Source of the DNA: Owenia fusiformis
Lineage: Eukaryota
DNA: 64,000 bases
Reading direction: 5' to 3'
NCBI GenBank assembly: GCA_903813345.2
Contig: CAIIXF020000001.1
Span: 26,226,001 to 26,290,000, forward strand
Under the pieces are notes generated by a model. That model had not been told where the DNA came from and searched no databases. It was given only the letters and a program-made list of their open reading frames with translations. This document shows, piece after piece, positions 10,901 through 23,510 of this stretch (its first letter is position 1; every line of letters begins with the position of its first letter). The position numbers and the translations under genes are program-made.

Positions 10901-13891
10901 TTGGCAAGAAAAATAATTCCTATTGTTTTCCAGCGAAGTCAAAATGTTACAGCATGAGTTATAATGTCGAGTTTGCATCATGTTAAATTCTGCTAGTGAT
11001 TAGAAGTCCATGCACAAGCATACACATAAGAGACAAACACACCCAGGGCTCCAGGCCGTGGATGGAAATATAAAACTATTTAAGGCACAAACTGGTATTA
11101 ATAGACCGATATGTAGTGTCTGCCATGTATTGAAGGTAAACCAATCTGTATTATTAATGTTTCTTCTATCAATACATGGGTTGTGCAATAGAAAAGCAAT
11201 GGCACAATCAAAAATGTGCATATCAATCGTGAATATCTCTCGGTTCAAAGCTTATTTCCAACAGAATCGTGTCAAAATATGTGTCTGAGTAACAGTTATA
11301 CATTATAAGATCGCAAACTCTTACCAATTATCAGCCGAATGGCTCATTTTCAACGAAATGTCCTTAAGACAACAGCCCTGGGTCGCGCCTGAGACCAAAA
11401 ACTACTTCAAATAGCCCTCCCCTAATTATATTGGATAATCACATTTATGCGTGCGCGCGCAGCTCATCCAATGAACGAAACGCCACTTCCCGCTGAAATC
11501 ACCGGGTATTGATCTTTCCCTTGGTACATCCCTAATTCACATCATAGGTAAAAGGGCAAACGGTTTATTTTTATTTCGAGTTATTGATTTTGTAGCCCCA
11601 CTTGGCTATTTGAGAGGGGTCAAACATCTACTTTTTGAAATAATTGGTCAATTGTGACACTATTCCCCCTCTCTTCTGCCCTGATCCCCATTCGACTACA
11701 GAACGTGTTAAAGCATCTATGTTTTAATGGAGCCAAAATGAATACGCCATTTGACTCAAATAACCTTCTTTCAGATAACCCATGCAAAATAAGCACATTT
11801 TTAAAGAAATGGCATGTTATCGTTGCAAAAAGATGACAACCTACATACCAGTTTAATATTGAGAAAACAACATTACCAGTGTACGACAAGCATTTTACAA
11901 CAAGCATTTTCTATATTTCTGTTCTGATAATATTTTATATTGTGCCATACCTTTGAAATTCCAAGATGCTTAGTGGATGTTCCATTATACAATAAACAAT
12001 TATCATGTAAATTACGTACTACAGTTTATGTGCGTGATTCAACTTAGTTATGCAAGAGTCGAGCATGGGCCAGGGCAATTTTGTCTTTACTTTTTAATTT
12101 TATTCTTTCCTCATCTGGTAATCAAAATAGAGATGAACCTAGCTTCAGCTAGTCTGGAAATGCCTTATTGTACAAATATTGTATAACATTGACCTTACCC
12201 TCAGAATTCTGAGTGGACTTTGTTCGATCCGACAGATTTTGCCAACAGTTTCATCACGAGGCCCTGTTTCCATAATTCCCACTGATTGTTGTCCAAAAAG
12301 TTTTCCCAATAGTCCTGATCTTGTAAAAATCCCGGAGTTACTCTCCGTCATATTCCCGTCCTGCTAATTGTACAATTTCTTCTTGAAATTTCGAGTCATC
12401 ATCTGAACGTGGGGCATCCAGAATAATATCTTTCTCTGGGACGATCGGTGTCCATGTCAATGTATCAAACATATATGTCTATATCTACTTGAGTGTTCCT
12501 AGATTGAAAAGTAATTAATTAAATTGGGTAAACAATAAAAGAGTTTCTCAATTAGCTATTTCACCCCCGAGAGAGACGTTTAAAAATGATTTCCTCGAAC
12601 TAATTTATGACAAGCTATTATATGCTATCATTTTAATTGCACAAGTCATTGCACAAATATATCAAGAGGGCATTCATTATGGCTGCCAACAACCCACGAG
12701 GATGTATCCAGCTTCCAGCAATATACTAGTAACACCCACAAAGACGAATTCCTGGAATCAATCCCTCCCTTGAGTATTGAGAATTGGAAACAAACTTAAA
12801 TGTACACAGAACCCATACCTCAGTGAACTACTTAAAGTAACTGGTAAAAACATTTTAGGAGTATATAATCCCTGAGAGTTCACCGGTGTTAGAGTAAATA
12901 TAGTCTCCCCGAATACATGGTCCGGGGGACCATACACCCTAGGACACCTATAAACTCACATTCGGTTAAATCCTAAACATGAAACTGAAGATGAATATAC
13001 AGTGCTGGTATATATTAATTGATCAGTCGTTTAATTGGCATATTTTCTTGAATTTTAACATTTAATGTCCCAAACTCCCACAAACTGCAGAAAAGTATAT
13101 ACCATAAATCATATTTACCAAAATTAGTATCTCCAAGGCTTCACACCAGCGTATGCATTATGCATTTGTCACGAGTTTGAGCTGAAATTTCCCCAAAATG
13201 AAGTAGGCTAAGGGTAGTCTCTGCCAGGTTTGTTTATTGTTGTAAGCTTGTAAGTGCTCAGAAGCAAATAATTCACGTGCGCAAAAAATCAAATAATATG
13301 ATTGGTTTAAACTTTGCTGCACATGCGCACAATGTGTGCCATATTTTTTCTAGTGATTACGTTTCGTTTCATGGAGTTTCCGTTTCAGTGTAACTTCCGC
13401 AAAAATGGCTGACCATGGACAGAATTAACAGGTAAAATCACTTCGAAATTTCAAGAGAACTTTTTACCTATAATAGCAAAACTTTTGTTTTATTTGTGCA
13501 TTTTATCTATCAGATAAGAGTCTCAAGGGTATGTAGGCAAATTCATTTTGGTAGGAGCACTCTGTTTAGTTTGAAAACGCACCCTTAATTATTATATATC
13601 AGCACTGTAGTAAAATATCTTATTGCCAGTACTGTTACATGCAAATACGTTGTGAGCCAAATGGCAAGAAGCTGAATATTGAATTTGACTATTATCAAAA
13701 TAATATCAGCACATATGGATCACACTGCCATCTTTCAATCAATGTCAAGTATATGTGGTAAAACACCTTTAATTCACGTCACCATACAAGTCAATGGGCA
13801 AAAGGGCGGATGCCTTATTTTTTGTGTCTAGTCATTATGGATTTTTTGGCCCCACTAGCCTACCTGAGATCAAAGCTACATTTTCACACTA

Positions 13892-16800
13892 TAGTGTGGG
13901 AGCAAAAGTCCAAATAAGAGGTTCCGTGTCCTTTTTAGAGGCGAGCTAAGCGACATATGTTTTCATGAACTAGAAGTGATACTGATCAAGAAAAATGATG
14001 TTGGCAATTCTGAATCCGCGACGGCGTTGCTATGGTAACCAAGTAAATATGCCACGCCCACTTTTAAGGGCTCTTTTCAGTGTATGGCCCCTATCTCTGT
14101 CATTATTGCTCAGATTTAGATGGAATTCACACCAAATGGAAGGTAATGGATAATGCAATCAGGAAATATCAAGTTGGCAATTCTGAATCCGATATGGCGT
14201 TGCTATGGTAACAAAGTAAATATCCCACACCCACTTTTAGGGGCTCTTTCCAGTGTTTGGTCTATATCTTCGTCAATATTGCTCAGATTTAGGTGAAATT
14301 TGAACCAAATGAAAGCTAATGGAAAGAGCAATCAAACAGTTTATAAAATATGCAAATAAGGTGATTTGCATATTACTTATGACGTCATAACCGTTTGTTC
14401 TTGCATATTTTATTTTAATCATGATGTATAAATCTGGAAAATTAATATCTTTAAAAGGGTCAGTAATGCTTTTAAGTAGTTAATTAGTTTATTTCTTTTC
14501 ATTGAGTTTATTAGTTTATTTCATTCATACATGTATGGTCATAAATAATTGAAAAAATGTAAAGAAAATATCGAATTCAAGTTGTTGCTATGGTAACGGT
14601 ATGTTGCAAAACTATCTGCTGTAAAAATAATTCTTTGGGAAATGTTACATTTTGACCAGTTGACTGACATGTATTCCTTCTAAAATTTGATGGCAGAGAA
14701 TAACCTAATAATGATAGAAAATTATCTAATTTGGATTGCGTTATATTATGATGTCATAATGGCAATTATTAATCAGGGGCGCAGCCAGCTTTCAATCAGG
14801 GGCGCAGTCAGCTTTCAATCAGGAGGGGGTTGCGATCTCGGCATAAGCAACTCAAAAAATGTTTAATTTGTCTCGGATTTTACAAAAATTCCTTCAAAAT
14901 TGAGCTAGAAGCTTCAAGTCAAAAGCATTTTAAAGCTCTCCTTCTCTCTAATGGTTCTATTTTTACTGGTTAAGGGGGAGGTGGGTAGCCCCCATCACAC
15001 CCCCTGGCTATGCCTATGATAGCTATGGTATTCCCGTGAATATGCCGTCCCCAATTTCAGGTCTTTTCCAAAGTTTTGATTCTATCAGTTGTCATGATGA
15101 TAGCTCTGGTGTATATGAAATTTTCATCAAATCGGAAACTAAAGAATCAGACATTGCATGGGGAATGTCGATTGACAGACTGGCATACCTGTTATGGTAT
15201 GAATACCATAGCTGTTTCGTGATTATTTTTTTGAAATAAGGTAAAATTGCTCAAGATGATTCCAAATTGGTATCGAGTCCTTTGACATTCACCATAAAAT
15301 TAGGTCAAAGCTGAAAACTATAATTGATTTTCATTCTATTTCTTTACACATATAAAGTATGATCAAGAAATATCATGGGCAATTCTGAATCTGCGAAGCC
15401 GTTGCTATGGTAACCAAATAAATATGGCATGCGCATTTTTACGGGCTCTTTTCAGTGTTTCAACCCATCTGCACCATTATTGTTCAGATTTTGATGAAAT
15501 TCAGACCAAATTGAAGGTAATAGATAATGCAATCAGGAGATATTAAGTTGACAATTCTGAATCAACGATGGCGTTGCTATGGTAACAAAGTGAATATGCC
15601 CCACCCACTTTTAGGGGCTCTTTTCAGTGTTTTGTCCTCATCTTCTTCATTATTGTTCAGATTTAGATGAAATTTGCTTTAAATTAAAGGTAATAGATAG
15701 AGCAATCAGACAGTTAGTAAGCTATGCAAATAGGATGATTTGCATATTGATTATGATGTCATAATTGTTTCTTCTTGCATATTTTATCTTAATCACGATG
15801 TATTTATCTGTGAAACTATTGTCTTTAAAATAGTCAGTAATGCTTTTAACTAGTTAATTAGATTAGATTTCTTTTAGTTGAGTTTATAATTTTATTTCAT
15901 TCATACTTGCATGGTGATAAAAACTGAATAAATCTAAAAAATGTGATGAAAATGTCCAATTTATGCTGTTGCTATGGTTACAGCACAAAGCAAAACTATC
16001 TATAGTTAAAAGAAATCTTTAAGAAATTTTACATTTTGACTAGTTGACTGACACATGTATTCTTTTTAACATATGATGACAGAAAATAATCTTGTAACTA
16101 TAAAAAATTATTTACTTTGGATTGTATTATATTATGATGCCATAATTGCAATTATTAATCAGGAGTGCAGCCAGTGTTCAGTCAGGACAGGGGGGGGGGG
16201 GGGTGCAATCGTGGCATAAGCAACCCCAACATTTTTTAAGATTTGTTTTGAATTTTACAAAAAAACTGAGCTAGAAGCTTTAAGTCAAATTGATTTTAAG
16301 GCTCTTCTTCTGTTTAATGGTTCTATTTTTTGTTTATGGGGGCGCACCCATCGCACCCCCTGGCAATCCAATATGATGTTGCTATGGTAACTAGGTGAAT
16401 ATGCCATCCTCACTGTTCAGGGGTTTTCAAAAGTTTTGCTTCTATCTTTGTCATGATTACAGCTTGAGGGTATATTAAATATTCACCAAATTGTAGCTAA
16501 AGATTCAGGCAATGCATGGATTATGTCGATTGACTGACTGGCATACCCATTGTCGCAGTAACTGCTGCTAATGGTTTTGAAATCCGAAAAATATGTTCAA
16601 CGTCAATTTACATAAAAAATAATATCATTTTATGGTATTGGTCAATACTATAGCCTATTTCATCTTTTTAGGTCATGTAGACATAACTGCTGTACCAATT
16701 TTGAACCGAATGGTTGGATGTCGGATTTCAAAACCAAAAGCATATTTGAAATCAAGGGCTTCCATACTTCATACTTGTAAAGAAATGGAATCAATCATAG

Positions 16801-18383
16801 TTTTCCACTTTGACCTCATTTTATGGTGAATGTCAAAGGACAAGGTTCCAATTTGGAAACATTTGGAGCAATTTTACCCTTATTTCAAGATATAATCACA
16901 AAAAGCAGCTATGATGCCATAACGGGTACTGTACTCCTGGTATTTTTCGCCTGCGATTTAGTTTCGTGCTTGTTAAAATCGCAAAATTAATCTTTGCGAA
17001 ATTGTCAATTAAATCCCGGGGATTTGTTCAATTTATGATTACATTTCGTGTTTTGTAAAATGTTTGTCAAGTGTTTTTAGGCGATTAATGGGATAGTTAG
17101 TACTAATTTATGTTACAGTGGAATCATTTTGAGCAATTTTACCTTATTTCAAGAAAATAATCACAAAAAACAGCTATGATACCATAACAGGTACTTAGTA
17201 TGTCAGTCTACATTATTCATGTATTGTCTGATTCACCTAGCATATTCACCTAATGGTTACCATAGCAACATCATATTGGATTAACATAGGCAGTGCTTAG
17301 GGTTGTGGGGGTGCGCTGGGTTCACCCATCCCCTCATAAACAATAAAAATAGAACCATTAGATAAAAGAAGACTTTCGACTTGAAGCATTTTGCTAAATT
17401 TTGAAGGAAGTTGTATCAATTTTTGTAAAATTCAAAACCTATCTTTATTAATACTTTTGGGTTGCCTGTGCCACGATCGCAGGCCCCCTTCTGACTGAAA
17501 GCTGGCTGTGCCCCTGATTAAAAATTGCCATTATGACTTCATAATATAACACAATCCAAATCTAATAACTATGGTTATTAGATTTTTTTCTGTCATCAAA
17601 TTTTAAAAAGAATACATGTCAGTCAACTGGTCAAAATGTAATATTTCCTAGAGAAATCTTGTTTACAGCAGATAGTTTTGTTACATGCTGTCACCAAAGC
17701 AACAGTGTGAATTGGACACTTTCATTATATTCATTCAATTTTTATGATTATAGATGTGTGAATGAAAAAAACGAATAATCTCAACTAAAAGAAATAAACT
17801 AAACGAGTTATTAGCATTATACTGACCATTTTAAAGACAAGAATTTCCCAGAATTATACATTATGATTTAAATGAAATGTGCAAGAACAAACAGTTATGA
17901 CGTCATAGTTGAAATGCAAATCAGCATGTTTGCATATTTTAAAAACTGTCTGATTGCTCTATCAATTACCTTTAATTTGGTGCAAATTTCATCTAAATCT
18001 GAGCAATAATGACAAAGTTAGGGCCGAAACACTGAGAATAGCTCCGAAAAGTGGGCGTGGCATATTTACTTTGTTACCATAGCAACGCCATATTGGATTC
18101 AGAATTGCCAACTTAATATTTCCTGATTGCATTATCCATTACCTTCAATTTGGTGTGAATTTCATCTAAATCTGAGCAATAATGGCAGAGATAGGGGCCA
18201 TACACTGAAAAGAGCCCTTAAAAGTGGGCGTGGCATATTTACTTGGTTACCATAGCAACGCCGTCGCGGATTCAGAATTGCCAACATCATTTTTCTTGGT
18301 AAGTATCACGTATAGTTCATGAAAATATATGTCGCTTAGCTCGCCTCTAAAAAGGAAACGGAATGACCTTTGCTCCCATACTA
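13892..18383. mobile_element. 4.5-kb foldback-type element with long modular inverted repeats
   Basis: Left end tagtgtgggagcaaaagtc...cctttttagaggcgagctaagcgacatat is the reverse complement of right end atatgtcgcttagctcgcctctaaaaagg...gacctttgctcccatacta. The left arm has two copies of a ~1375-bp unit (14026 vs 15401), each with 173-bp sub-repeats. The right arm (~16770-18360) is inverted. Both ends are TA. No transposase ORF. Confidence 0.9.
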
Positions 18384-19744
18384 CTAAGCTCCAAAGGGCT
18401 CAAACATTTATTACTTTTGGTAATAATTGGTCATTTGTAACACTACCCCCTCTCGGCCACCAAAAAATGAAATTCACAAAAATGAAGCCAAAATTAACAT
18501 GCCATTTGACTTAAAATTTTCCTTCAGATAAACCAAATGTGCCCATTTTTAGAAGAATTTGGAAATTTTATGTTAGTATAGCAAAAACATAAAAGCAGTA
18601 CCTACACACCAACTTACGTATTCTTTATAATCAGAACTGTGTTGAGACTACATATATTCTAAAACTATGGAAGTGACATATTAGAGTATTTTTGGCCTTT
18701 GAGTACTCGAGTAATATTGAGAAAACAGCAAAACCAGTACAGAACACTGTAGGCCGTGGCTCCCATGGTAATTTTTCATGAGAAGGTCGCCACAAATTAC
18801 CCTAGAATGTAGTACACTCCCCTCCATACGTTTGCTAACCCTAACTCCCCCAATGAACTACGTGTTTAAGCCTCTATATGTTTGAATTGTTATTTACTCG
18901 TACATGTAACCATGGGCTTTCAAATTGAAAGCCCATGATGTAACATGCAATGATTTTTTATTATCATTATTTATTGCTCTCACTATACAACAGTGGCACA
19001 TGAAGAGTATCAGTGCGGCAGAATGACATGTCAATAAAATACAATATATGTTACAGCATTGTAATATATTGCATTTTACTGACTACTAGACTATACATAA
19101 GGTGCTGTCACCTTTAAAAAAAGATAAAAGTAAAAGTTGAAAACACTAATTCAACAAGAATGATTTGGAACAGAATGAAGAAATGAGGTTAGGAAGATAT
19201 CAGAAAGTTAATCATAGGGCCATTTTACTGTTATTCCATCAAAACCTCCAATCAACGATTACAAACAATCAACACGACAAAGCAAGTTTCAAAGTTTTAT
19301 TGTAAATAAATGATAATAAGATTTGGTTTTACATCAGTTTTATCAAATACAAATCAAAGCAAATTACATGAATTACATGGCTCTAAAAGCAAAATCTGAC
19401 TTTAGTCGATAAAAACTCATAAAAGGATTTAAGTTACAAAATACTTAAGATGGCGACAATATTTCAGCTTTAAGTAAAGCGATTGTCAAAAGGTGGCGCT
19501 GTGTAAAATCTCACCTGCGCGCTGAGCATATCAAAATCAGACCAAATTTACCTGCCAAAAATTACATAATTCTTTCACAGAAAATCAATCACAGTAGATC
19601 AACTGTTCCAAATAACCAAATCAAATGCATATTCAGTTGACTCTTGAAAGTCAAAGACAAAATAAAATGAATATAATTCACAATATTTCTACAAGTATGC
19701 TCAGCACTGCAGATCAGTGGAATCAAGGGAATTTTGTATGACGT

Positions 19745-19965
19745 TTACCGCGCGGTAAATGCCATATTCCCCAACGTGTATGTCATATTCTCCGAGTGAA
19801 TATGTCATATTACCCAGGTGATAATGAGGTATTCACTATATCATATTCCAATGCAGAATATGCCATACTCACTTGCGGAATATGTCAGATACCGCAGGTG
19901 AGTATGCCATATTCACTTGTATCACAAATACCGCGCAACCATAAATTTATGCCATATACCGCGTA
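19745..19965. repeat. Degenerate ~22-bp minisatellite
   Basis: Repeated (aa)tatg(c/t)catatt(c)nc motifs, e.g. atgccatattcccc, atgtcatattctcc, atgtcatattaccc, atgccatactcac, atgccatattcac. Confidence 0.6.
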
Positions 19966-21255
19966 ACACGAATGTCGATTTGGATTTTGGAAATTATGTC
20001 AATTTATATTTCAAACGTACCTTAAAATTAATCTTCTCATTGTTCATAAAGAGGCTTTAACACGCATATCAAATCGTCTAGTTGTTTCAATACATATTAA
20101 TCTATCAAAGCCCCGCGGCGTTTGGAACGCTCCAGAGTGAAAGCATTGGCGTTTTTGTATTACTCCGTGATAATGTATGATGTAATCCTCTATCTCGGCA
20201 TCTTGATTCACAAGGCTTCGATTGTTCTTGTCTCTAGACCAAGGGGAAAGCAACGATGCTATCTCGGCTTCTGTAGTATTTTTGATAATTTTACTGAGTA
20301 TAGATGGAAGTGTTAGATTTTTTGTTTGGTTGTAGATGAACATAAATATAGTACAATTGACGTCTGAGATATAACAAGTACAATTTTTCCTATTCAAAAA
20401 GGGTTTATTCGTTACCAAACGGTTGTGCAACACCATTAAGTATGCACGATATGTAATTATATATAATCATATTTTGTATAATTGCTTCATGACTACGATT
20501 CTATTTGTGTCTATATTGGGTCCCATGGGGATAATCTCTATATAGGACGTAATTTCCCCTGCCTATACTTACGCACTCTAGAAACTTTGTATATAGATAA
20601 TACATTTATGGTAATTATGGTTGATTCTAAAGTAATGAACACGTTTTATATAATTGATTTTATAATAGAAATGTAGACCTTTATGTTAGGAGACTTCCAA
20701 TTTCAACCATACGGATAGCCTACTCGGAATTGACTTTTAAATCGCATGACACAATTAAAAAGTGAGATTGAACTTTCATTAGTCCAATATTAATCTAAAA
20801 CTCATGACATATGTCATGTCTGTGAACATTTAATCACAAATTTTTTTAACATTTAATATCTTTTATGTTCATAAACTAACGAAAAAATAAACTTACAATG
20901 CACAAACTTCACCTTACACCATGCATGATCAGCTGTTTGGTAAGCTAGCATGTGCCCTTTCAGGTATATTGAGTAAATATATCTAAAACTTGCAAGGGGA
21001 GTATCATGAGAAATCATGGCCTTCTATTTATTATTTCTAGTTGAAGGCAGAAATATGTAATGAAGAATGAAAAATATAGAAATAACACCCAAATTGAAAT
21101 TATTGAATTATGAATATTCAAAAGAGGACATTTAAATCTACAATACGTAAAATATCAAGATTGCCCTAAGCAGGTGTAACGTGACCGATTCAATAAAATG
21201 CAAGTCTCGGTTTGGAGACTGGTGAACTTCGTGCTCCAAACCGGTGTAAAAGGGA

Positions 21256-23510
21256 CTAGTCTTTTATTCTTGGACAGAGTTCATTTATCTCTATATACTA
21301 GGCATTAGCATATAAAATGTGAACCAAATTCGTCCAGTGGTATTTGAGTTATCAAAGTTTACGTTCTGTTAGAAAGAATGGTGGCCATTTTGAAATTCAG
21401 CTGCTATCTTGAAAATTCAAGTTCTCGTGTCCCCAGGCATCAGCAAATAAAATTTAAATAAAACCCATCCACTGGAATTTGAGATATAAAAGATTACGTT
21501 TTTACAAAAACTGAAGGCCATTTTGAAATTCAGCTCGAAAAATTCTTCTCGGACACAGCTCTCGTGTCTCTAGGCATCAACATATATAATTTGGGCCAAA
21601 TCTGTTCACAGGTATTTGAGTTATCAAACATTATATTTTTACGAAAAATGGCGGCCATTTTTAAATTTGGTATCCATCCTGAAAACGTCTTCTTGATCAG
21701 AACTCATTTGTCTCGATCAGCATCATTATATAAAATTTGAACCAAACCCGTCCACGGGTATTTAAGTTATCAACGATTAAATTTTTTACGAAAAATGGAC
21801 GGCATTATGAAATTAAGTGGCCATCTTGAAAATATCTTCTTCTCCTTTGTCCCTAGGCATCGGCTTATAAAATCTGAACCAAATCCGTCAACTATAGTAT
21901 TTGAATTATCAAACATTACATCTTATAAGCATAAGTTACTATGTCCCGATCTCATGTACATTTACAGAAATACTAACACGTAATGGTCTATTTTCGAAAG
22001 ACTCTTGAACAATGGTTTTAGCATTAAAAATGTGTAAAACTCAAAAAATAAATGTTGGTAAGGACCTTAAGCCCTTATTATCTTATTAAAAAATCAAACC
22101 TATGAAAAAGATGTCATTATTCCGTTAAAAATATATGTTTTGTATTCATTTTGTCTACATAGCAAACATTATGCGACTTGTGTCTGTTTTGTACGAAGAA
22201 AAAAATTGATAGAAATATAGCAGGTTTCAAAGAGTCTCGTCATTTCAATACACGAAATTAGGTTTTTCTAGTGACATTCAACTATATTTTTTATAATGTC
22301 ATAAAAGCATTGCCCTTATACTACATATACTATAATTTTAAGTTCAGTTGTATTGCTTTGCATTTAAGCTTATTTGGACCAGGTAATATGACTTGGTCAA
22401 ATTCAGCATTCTTTTGTCCTAAAATATTTTGACGTTGTAAAAATTGATTAGGGTGTTTTAATGGCAGTCTAAAATGATATCAGGAAAACAAATGATAACA
22501 TATTTGGTATGTAGAGAATGCTCATAGCCCATATTTTATGATTCATCACGTTTATCTTTAGATCAAGCTAAGTATGAGATTTTCCTTTAAACGTGCGTGA
22601 CAGAGAATTGTCCCATCTCGATTTTTTCCTTTGAATTTTAGTAGGCTGAATCCAGGGAAGAAAAGAATGAATATAAACTTTGAAACATATGATATTATAT
22701 TATCATAAAAATGCTCATAAACTCAAGATTCCAATGATATATCACATGACTATCATCCCTTCTCAGATCTTTAGTTATTGTTTAATATGTGCGTGACATA
22801 ATTTGTCCCATCGACGATTTTTTACAAAAATAGAGAAATACTGTACGACGTCATATCACCTTCAGCAAATCCTGAAGAACAAAATGCTCTCAAGTCATGG
22901 CATGATAGTATTTTGAACAAAATATTTCAAATGATCGGTTTTTGAGGACGGTAGTGAATTAGACCAAACAAGGGGTTATATAGAAAGATTCTTCACATGT
23001 AGTTCAAGCAATTTTAATTATTCTGAGTAGCGGAAGTCATTAATACTGATAGCGGAAAGTCATTTATCATTAACGTGTTCATATTTAATTAATCGTTATT
23101 TAATTTCAATTTGATACTCTATTAACACGTATAATCTAGCGTTCTTGTTAATTAAATGACTAAAATGCATATACGACCTGAAAGTCCGTGTCTAAATCTA
23201 CAAAATAATGTTTACTTTATTTGGATTAAATAACAATTGATGACACCTCAAAGCATCAACAGGCGGCCGTTTTAGCATTATTTTCACTGATTGCAACGTA
23301 AATGTACATGAAATCGGGACATAGAATCAAGACAAATGGCGGTCATTTTCAATTGAGAAGCCATATTACAATTTTCCTTCTCGAGCAGAGGTCCTACACC
23401 CATAAGGCATAAGCCTATACAATTTGAATCAAATTCATCAACCGGTATTCGAGTTATCGCCCGGACACACGAACGGACGGAAGGATGGACGGCTTTCCTA
23501 TAATATACTG
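21256..23510 (-). mobile_element. HINE/Helentron-like element with degenerate ~140-150-bp core repeats (family C), interrupted by a TIR element
   Basis: Repeated aaaatggcggccattttgaaatt and tttgaaccaaatccgtccactggtatttgagttatc modules at 21290-21930 resume at 23330 and end in a (gacg)n-type microsatellite at about 23461-23492. Related fragments lie at ~32300-32500, ~33290-33370, ~35050-35320 and ~59360-59710. Confidence 0.65.
21939..23324. mobile_element. Non-autonomous TIR element (~1.39 kb) nested in the family C element
   Basis: 27-bp TIRs ctatgtcccgatctcatgtacatttac / gtaaatgtacatgaaatcgggacatag. Internal direct repeat gtgcgtgaca...ttgtcccatc at ~22590 and ~22790. No clear TSD. Confidence 0.75.
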
